Source: Saprolegnia diclina VS20 (Eukaryota). From it: a stretch of DNA of 64,000 nucleotides. The position numbers were made by a program, and so were the translations under genes. The stretch lies in assembly GCF_000281045.1 (NCBI RefSeq), contig NW_008246081.1, positions 480,791 through 544,790 of the forward strand. Reading direction: 5' to 3'. Below are positions 1 through 11,253 of this stretch, in pieces. The notes under the pieces are model-generated. The model worked only from the letters and a program-made list of their open reading frames with translations, was not told where the DNA came from and ran no database searches. The first letter of the stretch is position 1. Each line of letters starts with the position of its first letter.

Positions 1-666
1 CGCGGCATCATGACGTGGAGCATCAACTGGGACAAGGCGGACGGCTACGCGTTCTCCAAGCCGGCGCGCGCGGCGATCGACAGTCTCGGCGGCAACAACC
101 CGGGTCCGCGCCCGACGTCGGCCTCACCGCAACCAACGTCAGCCTCGCCCAAGCCAACGTCGGCGACGCCCACGGACGCTCCATCAGACAAGCCCACGCC
201 CAAGCCGTCTGACAAGCCCACGCCCAAGCCGTCTGACAAGCCCACGTCCAAGCCGACTGACAAGCCCACGGCCAAGCCTACCACTGGTCCTACGAGCCGC
301 CCGACACCGACCGCCAAGCCGACCGCCAAGCCGACGAGTAAGCCATCGACGGCTCCGACCACCAAGCCGACGAGCAAGCCAACGACGGCTCCGACCACCA
401 AGCCGACGAGCCCACCGAGCAGCGGGTGTGGTTCGTGCACCAACTGCTACTATGCGACGACCGACGCGTGCTTTGTGGGCTGGACAGCCGAGCAGTGCGG
501 CACGAACGCGATTTTCAAGTGGTGCGGTCCGACCGCGGTGGGTGCGTCGACAGAGCATGACGACATTATCATTGACGACCCGATCTTTGATGACGACGTG
601 ACGGACGTGGTGATTGACGACCCGATTATCTGGGAGGAGTCGAGCTCGACGGACGGCGACGCCTAG
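1..666 (+). CDS. GH18 chitinase, 3' part (5'-truncated by window): end of catalytic barrel, Pro/Thr/Lys/Ser linker, Cys-rich C-terminal module, acidic tail
   Basis: [11 protein letters not shown] matches the final GH18 strand and the paralog's [11 protein letters not shown]; PTxK linker; CGSCTNCYY...CFVGW...QC...WCGP module. Confidence 0.9.
   Translation, partial: RGIMTWSINWDKADGYAFSKPARAAIDSLGGNNPGPRPTSASPQPTSASPKPTSATPTDAPSDKPTPKPSDKPTPKPSDKPTSKPTDKPTAKPTTGPTSRPTPTAKPTAKPTSKPSTAPTTKPTSKPTTAPTTKPTSPPSSGCGSCTNCYYATTDACFVGWTAEQCGTNAIFKWCGPTAVGASTEHDDIIIDDPIFDDDVTDVVIDDPIIWEESSSTDGDA
100..420 (+). repeat. Coding tandem repeats ([26 protein letters not shown]) forming the chitinase linker
   Basis: Repeated aagcccacg/aagccgacg units visible in the DNA. 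Confidence 0.85.
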
Positions 667-987
667 TCGCTCAACCGTTGTCAGTGGCGTGTCCTTGTGT
701 TGAATCGACTCTGTTTTTTTACGCACCTCTTTCCGCAAGCTTCTTTTCGAAGCTTTCTGGGGCCGCGTGGGACGAAGAAGAGAGAACGGAGCATCCATCG
801 CTGTCGGTCCTTGTCTAGTTGTGTGCGGTTGCTCCAGACAGGCGCGAACATGGCGTGCGTGGCGGCCTCGTTCCATTTCGCTCCAGTGTGAGATGGCATC
901 GCGACTAAAAACACCCAAAACGCTTGGCCCGCCACCAGATGGTTTCTGCGGGATCTTTGGTTTTGCGATTTTCCGGCGGTTGCGAGC

Positions 988-1003
988 TCACTTTGCCTTT
1001 TGC
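988..1003 (+). promoter_or_regulatory. Oomycete Inr+FPR-like core promoter
   Basis: TCACTTTGCCTTTTGC ends 7 nt before the chitinase ATG at 1011 and resembles the YCAYTYY-N-MWTTTNC consensus. Confidence 0.55.
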
Positions 1004-1010
1004 CTCAAGC

Positions 1011-2225
1011 ATGCTGCTTGCGCTTCTCGCTTCAATGCTGCTCGCCGCGGCCAGCGCCGCGCCGCTGCGAGGCCACGCCCTCGTCGGCTACTGGCACGAC
1101 TTCCAGAACCCGTCCGGCCCGACCTACCCGCTGCGCATGGTGAGCCAGGACTGGGACGTGGTCATCGTCGCGTTTGGCACCAACCAAGGCAACGGCAACG
1201 TCGGATTCGAGCTCGATAAAGGCGCGGGCTCGGAAGCGGCGTTCATTGACGACATTGCAGCGCTCCAAGCGCGAGGCAAGAAGGTCGTGCTCTCGCTCGG
1301 CGGCCAAGACGGGTCGGTCTCGCTAAGCAACGACATGGAGCGCCACAACTTTGTCACTTCGGTATACGGACTCTTGCGCAAGTATGGCTTTGACGGCATC
1401 GATCTGGACCTGGAGTCGGGTATCTCGCAAGGTCTCCCGATCATCAACAACCTCATTATCGGCGTCAAGGAGCTCCGCCGTCGCGTCGGCGACTCGTTTT
1501 ACCTCTCGATGGCGCCCGAGCACCCGTACGTGCAGGGCGGCTACGGTGCATATGGTAGCATCTGGGGTGCGTACCTTCCGATCATAGACGGTCTCCGCAA
1601 CGAGCTCAGCATCATTCACGTCCAGTACTACAACAACGGCGGCTTTGTCTACACGGACGGCCGCATGATCAACGAAGGCACCGTCGACTGCCTCGTCGGC
1701 GGCTCGCTCATGCTCATGGACGGCTTCCGTGTCAACTATGGCCAGGGCTGGAAGTTCAACGGCCTTCGTCCCGACCAAGTTGCATTCGGTGTCCCTTCGG
1801 GTCCGCAGGCGGCCGGCCGGGGCTTCGTGACGCCGACGACGGTCACGCGAGCGTTGACGTGTCTTGCGCACGGCGTTGGCTGCGACACGATCAAGCCCAA
1901 GAATACATACCCGACGTTCCGCGGCGTCATGACATGGAGCATCAACTGGGACCGGTTTGACCGGTTTGCATTCTCGCAGCCGGCGCGCCACGCGCTCGAC
2001 AGCCTTGGCCACAACAGCTTTGTCGCGCCAGTCTACGCGGCGACGAGGACGCAGGAGGAAGAGACAGCGCCCGTGCCGACGCCCGAGCCCACACACAAGG
2101 CTCAGCGCAAGCCCGGCTGCGGCGACAACACGGGGTGCTACTATGCGCCCACATCCATGTCGCTCGTGGGCTGGTCGGCGCAAGATTGCGGCAAAATGCC
2201 CTTCTTCCAGTGGTGTGGACCGTAA
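1011..2225 (+). CDS. Secreted GH18 chitinase with short linker and Cys-rich C-terminal module (intronless)
   Basis: Signal peptide MLLALLASMLLAAASA; LVGYWHDF, KVVLSLGG, catalytic FDGIDLDLE (DxDxE), [18 protein letters not shown]. Confidence 0.95.
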   Translation: MLLALLASMLLAAASAAPLRGHALVGYWHDFQNPSGPTYPLRMVSQDWDVVIVAFGTNQGNGNVGFELDKGAGSEAAFIDDIAALQARGKKVVLSLGGQDGSVSLSNDMERHNFVTSVYGLLRKYGFDGIDLDLESGISQGLPIINNLIIGVKELRRRVGDSFYLSMAPEHPYVQGGYGAYGSIWGAYLPIIDGLRNELSIIHVQYYNNGGFVYTDGRMINEGTVDCLVGGSLMLMDGFRVNYGQGWKFNGLRPDQVAFGVPSGPQAAGRGFVTPTTVTRALTCLAHGVGCDTIKPKNTYPTFRGVMTWSINWDRFDRFAFSQPARHALDSLGHNSFVAPVYAATRTQEEETAPVPTPEPTHKAQRKPGCGDNTGCYYAPTSMSLVGWSAQDCGKMPFFQWCGP

Positions 2226-3415
2226 ATGTAACTGCCAACTGCACACTAAATAGACGTTGGAATATAATGACGTGGCACCTTCTACAGCAGCACGCGCACA
2301 CGTCCTTGACTGTCATTGCTTAGTACGAGGCGAGCTCGATCTGCTGCCGTCCAGCATCGCCCTCTGGCGTTGCCGCGAGCATTATTTTTTTGTGCATTTG
2401 ATGACCCTGGCTGCGCTCAGTTCGCCATCTGCGCCCAAGACACCTCTGGCGCTCAGACGGGACACGGCTTGTTCCTGATCACGATGGGGTTTGATTCTCA
2501 GGAAGGTTCAGAACTCCAAATCTCGCACTCTGCGAACGCGTTCCCGTGGCCAGTGGCAATGGCCGGTCCTACCCGAGGCCCCGATACCTCGCCACCGACC
2601 CGAATCTCTTGATACTGTAGTATGCACAATTGATGCTACTGGGCGGTGCTGGGTGGGGATCGCACGTGCTCGCTGCAACTTGGTGCACGTCCAACGGTGC
2701 AAGAATTCGGTGCAGGCAATGACAACGTGTGCAACTCCAGGCTCCTGCGCGCCAGGGATTTAACGCACCACGTCAAAGCCCAGCCCGTGCACGTTTTTTG
2801 CGTCCAACCCACACCCGCGCATCTTCTACGCCATCACCCTGTTTCGTTTATCAGCATCAAGCAGCCAAATCGCGCAGTTTATCAAGTTTGGCATGGCTGG
2901 ATCAAGTTGGTATCCAATGCAAGTTCTCAATCCTCCAGCATTCCAGTCGGCTCTCGGACCTCCACAAGGAACTGGGTGCTGACGACAGCAGCAGCATCGT
3001 CCGTCGTCGTCAGTTTGTGCATCGCACCACCATATCATAGGACACTAAAATTCCGACAAGCCTGGTCGGTCGTCGTCTGTCAGCGTTCTTGCGAAGGCGC
3101 CAAGAACTTATAGAACCACACAGCACAGCTTGTATAGTGCTAGCCGCGTGCGATAGGCTCTACCAAGAGCTACACCAAGACGACGACGAAGAAGAAGGTG
3201 GATATGATTCGGCGGCGACACGTTGAGCAAGAGAAGCTGCGACGACGCGCCACCTGGTCGCTTGGTTTACTGGCCGTCGTAACTCACATGGCGCTGATAG
3301 CCACAGCATTTAAATCACATGCTGCCTCGATGCATACAAACGCCAAGTACAAAGTGCTGGCCTTTCTTTTCTCAGTATATAATTACGCAGCGGCTCAGTT
3401 GAAATTTGGCACAGC

Positions 3416-4552
3416 ATGGGCAATTGCATGTCGTCGAAAGGCGCCGTGCTCTCGCCGACCGCGCGGACGTTCCGGGACAAGCCGACGCTGAGCATGAGCT
3501 CCGACTACGGCCTGCAGCACTCGAGCATCCACTTTGAGAGCGCGCGCGACGTGAACGAGCTCATCCGCGACCTGCCCGACACGGCCGACGTCAAAGCGCT
3601 GAGCTCGATCGCGATGCTCTCGGCGCGTGGCCGCAAGCGCGGGTCGTCGGCAGTCTCGCTGCTCTCGAACGAAGACAATCCCAACTTTCACGCAGCCGAG
3701 AAGCGCGAAAGCACCAAGAAGGACGCGCTGCCGTCGTACGACCAGGCCGGCCCGCTCTCGTCGCTCTCGGAGCACGTGGTCTCGGAATCCTCCAACCGGT
3801 CCCGCACGCAGAGCTACATGTCGTTCGTGGACCCCCTGAGCTCGATCGCCGCCGCCGAGAACAACCTCGAGCTCTTTCGCCAGATCCAAGCCGCGTTCCC
3901 CTCGTCGGCCTCGACCGAATCCTCCAAGATGAACGACCGCACGTCCAAGTCGCCGCGGTCGTCGTCCGAGACGGACGCCGACTCGTCCTCGTTTTCATCG
4001 TCGAAAGCACCCGAGAACGACACGCTGAACCAGCATCCGCCGAGCGACCAAGGCCAGTCGCCGCCAATGGACCCCAAGTTTTCCTTCTTTGTCTTTGAAG
4101 GCGACGACATTCCGCGCATGTCGTCCGAGAAGGACGAAGACACGCGCCGGTCGTCGTGCTACATTGTCGAGACGTCGCGCGACTCGAATGCGTCCCAGCG
4201 CTCGTCGCGGTCGTACTCGCCGCGGACGTCGGATCGGTCGAGCCTTGGCTTTCCTGTCGCACGGTCGTCGCCGCTCGAGGACGTGCCTTCGTTCGTGTCG
4301 CCACGCAGCGCGTACCCGCCAATGGCAGCGGCGGCGACCCCCAAGCTCACAGCGACCGTGAGCCCAACTGCCGCGTTTGACGACCGCATGAGCTACGAGT
4401 CGCACTACTCGCTCATGAGCTTCTCGCAGTCCTTCTCGATGGACGTCGGGTCGTTTGACGATCACTTTTCGGCCTCAGACTTTCGAGACACGTCGTGCTC
4501 GACGGGGTCGTTCCGCGAAAGCGGGAGCTCGGAACCGGGCCTCTACCTGTAG
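3416..4552 (+). CDS. Ser-rich, probably disordered protein with predicted N-myristoylation/palmitoylation
   Basis: 378-aa ORF with host codon bias; N-terminus MGNCMSSK; Inr/FPR-like TCAGTTGAAATTTGGC just upstream. Confidence 0.75.
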   Translation: MGNCMSSKGAVLSPTARTFRDKPTLSMSSDYGLQHSSIHFESARDVNELIRDLPDTADVKALSSIAMLSARGRKRGSSAVSLLSNEDNPNFHAAEKRESTKKDALPSYDQAGPLSSLSEHVVSESSNRSRTQSYMSFVDPLSSIAAAENNLELFRQIQAAFPSSASTESSKMNDRTSKSPRSSSETDADSSSFSSSKAPENDTLNQHPPSDQGQSPPMDPKFSFFVFEGDDIPRMSSEKDEDTRRSSCYIVETSRDSNASQRSSRSYSPRTSDRSSLGFPVARSSPLEDVPSFVSPRSAYPPMAAAATPKLTATVSPTAAFDDRMSYESHYSLMSFSQSFSMDVGSFDDHFSASDFRDTSCSTGSFRESGSSEPGLYL

Positions 4553-4912
4553 TCGTTTCTTCTCCTCGTGTCTATAGTCTCGTAGTTTTCAACCAATAAT
4601 TTAATCACCCCTACCCCGCCCTTTTGCCAAACTGCAAACTCATCCAAGATTGAGATAGCTTCAGAGTGTATCTGAACCGTCGCCAGATACAAACGAATAT
4701 GAACAAAGGAGACCAGTGACGTCCGTGCATGAAGCCAGGACGGTCGCCCATCGCTGCCCGACGTGGGTGCACGTCGCCGCCCATTACTTACGTGGCCGCT
4801 TGCGATCAAAGATCCAGTCTGCGCTCCTGCATCTAAACGCACGCAACTTTTCGTTCCGATCGCCGCGTTCCGTGCGGCCTACGCATGGCAGCGCCATTGC
4901 CTAGTACTACCT

Positions 4913-4961
4913 GACGTCTTGCATTGCCGTGGGCGACGTCTTGCGTTGCCGTGGGCGACGT
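4913..4961. repeat. 22-bp direct repeat (2.2 copies) upstream of the PH-CLU-RCC1 gene
   Basis: GACGTCTTGCATTGCCGTGGGC / GACGTCTTGCGTTGCCGTGGGC / GACGT. Confidence 0.85.
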
Positions 4962-5119
4962 AACACTTGGGCGGCCTCTTGCTCTTTCAAGATGTGGCGT
5001 CCGGGTCCCTTCAAATGGCGTGCGATTAGACTATCGATATATAGAGGGACGCGACGGTGTCGATATGATATCCTAGAGGTTTTGCCGCGAGGTCATCTCA
5101 AGCGCAAAGACCAAGAGCC

Positions 5120-8100
5120 ATGGCCATAATCGCGACGCTCCTCGCGTACAAGAAGAACCATGGCCTCATGCGCCCGTGGCGGCAGCGCCAGCTCTCGCTC
5201 CTCAGCGACGGCTGGCTCATCTGGGACAAGACGCAGACGTACAGCCTGCGCGATGGCGATAATCCTCATGGTTCTTGCGTAGCGGCGCCAACGGCAAGCG
5301 CATGGATCTCGTCGAGGTACGTTGCGCCGCTGCTGCATTGGTCTCCATGTAGCGGCTTGGTGCGAATAGACGGAGATTGGCCACGAGATCGTCAAGTCGG
5401 GCGCGTTCTTTAGCTTCACAGTCAATTGGGCCGGCGACGTGAGCTCGCTCGGCTTTCACACGCAGGCCGAAGCGCACGAGTTTCGCAATACGATGCAAGA
5501 GATTGCCGACGAAAACGCGGCCGGGCGGCGCGAGTGGACCGCTGCCTTCAAGCACGCGCTGGAAGAAACCAACGTCGACGCCGTGCGTACGCGCCTGTCG
5601 ATCGATCGCTCATGCAGACGCATAGCGGCGTGCGCTTGTGCTCCACATCAAGCCGCGCGACTGGAACAAGGAGTGGCAGTTCTGTCTGCGGTACTCTACG
5701 GTTTGCGCAAGTACACACGCATCATATATATATGTGTAGATCCCAGGCCAGCGACGACTTTACGCTGCAGCTGCGCCGCATGAAGCGCATGTACGGGGTA
5801 CGTTGTCGTCTTCGTTCGTGTTTGGCCCATTTTCCGGCGTAGCTATGGCTCCAGTTCAACCAGTATGCACTCATGCTGGCCGACGCGATCCATCATGCGG
5901 CCGACCCATCGGCTTTTGTCTACCAGCGAAATCCGGGCATCAACCCGTACAAGGCCTGTGGTATGACTACAGCTTACACCTTTGCCATTGTCCTAGGTGG
6001 TTTGACGACGAGTCGACGGGCCAAGTCGAGCCGAAGCTGCGTATCTACACTTCGACTCCGCTCGTGCTGCTCGTTGCACGTGACCATTGGAAGTGCTACC
6101 AGTCGCTCAAGCAGGACATGCGCGTCTTTAGCTCCTTCAAGGAGCTTTACGATGTCTTTCGAACGATCGCCAACACGGCTGCAAGTCTCGGCGATGAAAA
6201 GCTGCGCGAAGTCGCCCAAATCAAGTTTCCTCTCACGGCCAGCTTTGAGGTTTGTCCCATATTATATATATATTGAGGATAATAATGATGTCGACTAGAT
6301 TCGCGACATGCGCGTGCTTGTCTGCGCGCAGCCGCTCGGCGACACGAACCCCGTGCGCTTGGGCAACCAGCACATTCACAACATGCTCAACAATTTGCGG
6401 TTTACGCGGCCGACGCAGGTGCTGCAAGCGCTTCCGTACCGTGAGCTCCCCCTCTTTTCGTGTATTCACCGGTACAATATTGTCTTGTTGATTTTGAGCC
6501 AATTAATTGACATTGAAATTGTGGCTAGGAGCGCGGTCTCGGACGATGTGTACCTCATGCGCATCTCGTCGCCGTACGCCAACGTGTTTCGCACCGACAT
6601 TCGCCCGTATCAGTACGCGGGCTGCCTCGTGCCGCTGGACGCCGCGGCGCCGATCCAGGTATGTCATGCTTTGAAATATCAATGTTTCAATTTTACACAA
6701 AGGTGCTGACGCAAGACGAGCTCGTGACGATGAAGGAGACGCTGGACGCGAGCAAGAAGGGCCTCGTGCACTATCTGAGTCTCAAAGGCATCAAGAGCAA
6801 GTTTGAGACGCTGCCGTACCTCGATGTGATGTATTTTGCGCGGGAAATCATGTCGACCGACGTCAACGCGCGCGCGACGCAGTTTGGCGCGACCAAGATG
6901 TACGGCGACATTGTGTTTACGTTCAACGCCGAGACGAGCCGGCTTCCGTTGCATCTCAAAGAAGCATTCGTCTTGAGCTTGGACGCGGAAGCGCGACGTT
7001 TTCTGAGTCTTCTCCAAGAGCGCGATGTGGCCTCGAGCTCGGTACGCGCGCACTTGCGACACATGGTGTCGAGCATCTCGTAGGTCGAGCGCGTCGAAGT
7101 GCGCATCAAAGAGCTTCTTGCCGCGCACATTCACCAGTTTGCGACACGCCTCATCACGCTTGGCGACGGCACGACCAAGGACGCCCCCGTGCTGAATCAC
7201 GCGCCGTCGTCGTCGTCGAGCAACGACGAGGACGAGCCTGCGTCATCGTCGGGGTCGTTCATTTATGTGGCTGACACCAACCATCTGCGCACGCTCATGA
7301 AGGAAAGCGGCATCAACATGACCTTCTTGCCAGCGATTCTCGGGTGCACCGGGGTACGAACCGATGGTCGACACCACTTTAACATAGATATGTGTGGTGT
7401 AGTCGACGCAAGCCGGTGTCCAGCTGCTTGTCTTGACGGAAATCGTTGCCCGTGTCGCCAAGGTGCGCGCCAATGCAAGCCTCTCCCAACTCACTTGAAG
7501 CGATGTAGCACCTCTTGCGCTTCAAGCTGCTGACAAACCCGGAGATGAGCCGTAGCGCGGTCGCCGTCGAGCTTGTCAACGCCATCATGCGCGGGCTCAC
7601 CGAGCACGACCCGGTCGCGAGTCAGTTTTGGGGCGTCGACTTGCCCATCTGGGTCTCGCTCGGTCCCTTCTCCGCCTGTATTCCATGTTTGCATGCTATG
7701 TGGCGCTTACGCTGTGTCTCTAGCTGCCTATTTCGTCCCCAAGAGCGCTTTGGACGCGACGACGTACCATGCGACGCTGAAGCGGAACCCAGCCCCGCTC
7801 TTCATGGCGCTCCTCCGCAACTTGCGCCTCAACGTGAGTCTCCGCGTGCTCGACGCCCTCCTCACCCACAGCAACGCTTTGCACTTCTCGGAGCTTCAAG
7901 CCGACGACATCATTGGCTTTGAGAAGTGCAAAGTGTCGACGGACTGGGCCAACATGGAGCGGGCCGACCTCTCGTCGTTCTCGCACCAGCTCGTGCAGCT
8001 CGAGTCCGTCTTCAAGACGTCGATCAGCGAAACGCGGCCGACGACGGCGTTCCGTCCGCAAGGCAGCACGCTCCAGAAGGGCGCTATCAAGAGCAAGGGC

Positions 8101-10155
8101 GAGTATTACCTCGACCTCTTCCGCAGTGTCGACGAGCGGGTCGCTGGCGCCATGGAAGGCATTAGCGATCACGTTGAAGAGTACTGCCTCGAACGCAGCA
8201 TCCACGCCAACCTCCGCTCGGCGATCGCGGCCGCGCGGTAGCCAGCGTTCTCTTGATGGATCGGTTGCTGATACAATCGCGTAGGAACCGCGACGCGCGG
8301 CAGGTGCGCGCCATCATGACGGACGTGCGTCGGCAGATTGACATGCTCCCGTCCGTGTCGCTCTTGCCGATTGGGTACTTTCTGAGCTGCCTCTTCTTGG
8401 AGATCTTCTTGTACGAAGACGCCGGGCAGCAGCACTGGAAGACGCTTCTGAGTTTGTACGTGCACGCGTGGAAGTGGCTGCGGGTCTTGTTTCGGTAGAT
8501 ATGGTCGTCTTGATGCATGGTGCGATATATATGTCGTGCGTAGACCCGCAAACACGTCGCACTTGCTCATGAATGCGTCCGGCCACATGCTCTTCCTAGT
8601 CCTTATCCTCAAGCTCTCGAACGTCTTTCGCAGTCTCACACCGCGCGATGTGAGCCCTGAGCAAATGGCCCACGTCCAAAAGTCGAGTGCGATGCTGCAG
8701 CTGCTCATGCAGACACTGCCCACGTCGACGGACGTCAGTCGCCTCGTCTCGCCGCAGTTTTGGTTCAAGAAGATTGATCGGCACTTTCTCAATCTCAACT
8801 CCATGTTCCTGCCCAAGAGCCTCTTTGAGAAAGCTATGGTGATCCCGCGCACGGACGTTGCGTCGGCGATGTGGGCCATGAACGGGTCGGCGTTTCTTCA
8901 AGGCAACGTCATGGGCCTCAGCCTCGACGTCGAGCAGCGTCACATGCAGCAAAACCATGACGCGCCGCATTCCGAGCCGCTCCCGACGTTTGGCCCGCGC
9001 GTCGTCGACCTCACGATGCTCCGGTTCCCGCCGCCCATGGTCCACAGCATCCGCTTCGTCTCGTGTGGCTACCGGCACGCGGCGCTCATCACGACGCACG
9101 GAAGCCTCTTCACCTTTGGGTACGGCGAGTGCGGCCGGCTCGGACATGGCGACGAAGAGCCCGTCGGGCAGCCCAAGCCCGTCGCCTTCTTTGAAGACAA
9201 GGTGGTGCGTCATGCGTCCTGCGGCCGCGAGCACTCGATGGTCGTCACCGACGACGGACAGCTCTATGGCTTTGGGTGGGGCGAGGCCGGGCGACTCGGC
9301 ACGGGCGAGTCGGGCAAAGCGCTCCTGCCGCAGCTCGTGGACCTCCCGCCGATCGCCAAGGTGGGCTGTGGCCGAGAGCACACGCTTGCCGTGGCCCGTG
9401 ACGGGGACCTCTACGCGTTTGGTGCGGGCTACAGCGGTCGCCTCGGCGTCGGCTCGGAAGAGGACGGGCATTTGCCGCAGCGCTGCGCCTTGGACGTGAA
9501 GATTCTGTCGGCCGAAGCAGGCGAGTGTCACTCGGCTGCCATCGACGTCGACGGCAACGTACGATTAATGAGACATGCTTCGAGGACCTCATTAATGTCA
9601 CGTAGGTCTATACGTGGGGGTTTGGTGGCTCGGGCGCGCTCGGACTCGGCTCGCTCGATGACGCGCTCGTTCCAACGCTCGTGCCCGACCTGCGAGCGAT
9701 TGCGATTGGCTGTGGCGCCTACCACACGGTCATTGTGACGCCCGACGGCCGCGTCTTTGGCTGGGGGGACGCGCTCGCCGGCCAGCTGGGCGACGCGGCC
9801 ATCGGTCTCGGCGAGATGCAGATGGCGCCGATGCACATTCCCATCCCCAACGTTGCTGCCACGCACGTGAGCTGCGGCTCGTACACGACCGGCGTGCTCA
9901 CCACGGCGGGCGAGGTATACAACTGGGGCTCGCCCGACGCAGCGAACGGCGCGCCGCTCCAAAAGCAAGATGCTGTGCCACTCAAGGTCGACATGCCCGA
10001 CGGTGTCGCGTTCGGCGCGCTCTCGTGCGGTGCGTCTCTCGTATCGTTGTCTACCGGACGCCTGACAACTTGTGCATGCCATCGTAGGAGCCTATCAAAT
10101 GATTGCTGCGACACGCGTCGCCACGTTCACGTACGACGCCGAGTGTTGGATGTAA
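5120..10155 (+). CDS. Multi-exon protein: N-terminal PH-like domain, CLU-like central region, C-terminal RCC1 repeats
   Basis: KKNHGLMRPWRQRQLSLLSDGWLIW (PH strands); REWTAAF, LMKESGINMTFL and spliced LVLTEIVARVAK|HLLR (CLU-like); VSCGYRH..GSLFTFGYGECGRLGHG, ASCGREHS..GWGEAGRLG and similar RCC1 repeats; final exon ends ECWM* at 10155. Confidence 0.75.
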
Positions 10156-10226
10156 TGCACCGTAATCACACAACCCTAACCGCACGGTCGACAAGAACTA
10201 TATATGTTTATATAAATGCAAGGGTG

Positions 10227-11178
10227 CTACGCCTTCATCAACGCCGCAAGCATGCGCGACGATCGTTGCTGGAGCATTCGGACATCGCAGAGGAGGATGT
10301 GCACGCCAAGGACAAACCCAAAGAGCTATAGGAAGCGGTTTCGGACCCACAATGTCGATGTATCGCAAAAGGTACCTGGGCCACGCCGGCAGCGAGGGAC
10401 GTCCAGCCAATGTAGACATTGTTGGTCGCTGCATTTTGCAGAAAGACGTCCCGGCACCACACTTGGTTGCGCTGCGGACACGGCGACGCGCCAGCTGTGC
10501 AGTTGGTCGTGCCGCAGTAGATACCCGCGACCTGGTTGAGGCTCCGCGCGTGGGCCGCGTCATCGAGGCCAATGTGCCTGTCCCAAAATGATCCATTCGT
10601 TATGATGTGGAGACGACAGCGTACACTTGGATCGTCGAGACGTTGTAGTAGCCGCAGCAGAACCACGCGTTTTGCATCTCTTGCCACCCGGTCGGCGTCA
10701 CCGACGCGTACGCATGCAGGTTCGCGATCATGGCTTCTTCGAGGTAGGCGACGCGTACATCGCTAAAGTTGTTGGCGCGTGCGTCAATGATGGCGCTGTT
10801 GAGCGTGAGGCCGATGATACCGGCCAGCGTCAAGACGACGCCGGCGCCAAAGCCCAAGAGCACATACTATGCACCGCATGCAGTGAGTCCGCCGCTCGAA
10901 CAAGAAATGCGAGAACGCACACTGCCGAGGGCAACGTTGCGCTGTCCGGTCGTGACGCAGTGGCGGTGCTGGCGCAGGCCGTAGAGCCCGAGGCCCGCAA
11001 GGAGAACGAGGAGGCCGGCGCAGACTGCGGACGCGACGTAGCCGAGCGACGGCACCGCGCGCGTGTCGCTTTGGCACGTGAGCGCGTAGAGCGTGACAAT
11101 GAGGACAGCAACACCCAGTGCGAGCACGAGGAAGTTCCACACATTGAGGAAGCGCTTGGCGACGACCGAGAACGCCAT
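10227..11178 (-). CDS. Tetraspanin-family protein (4 exons)
   Basis: Three N-terminal hydrophobic helices, large loop with the CCG motif (QNAWFCCGY) plus further Cys, fourth helix YIGWTSLAAGVAQ|LFGFVLGVHIL. Confidence 0.85.
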
Positions 11179-11253
11179 CCTGTCGTCCCTCAAGTGAGCT
11201 ATTTTCACACCACGGATCGAATTGATGGGGTTGAAACGACTGCGATCTTTGCC

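Noticed and set aside
100..420. Repeat array as a possible CRISPR or satellite
   Set aside because: In-frame coding repeats of a Pro/Thr linker with no unique spacers, in a eukaryotic context
924..1010. Upstream extension of the chitinase ORF in the ORF track
   Set aside because: Non-ATG start; the ATG at 1011 gives a signal peptide and follows an Inr/FPR motif
2257..3400. Short ORFs between the chitinase and the Ser-rich gene
   Set aside because: Interrupted by stops, weak codon bias and no motif; may be decayed coding DNA but cannot be supported
9564..9596. ATTAATGAG/CTCATTAAT stem inside a short intron as a possible mirtron
   Set aside because: Only a 9-bp AT-rich stem that does not span the intron ends; insufficient evidence
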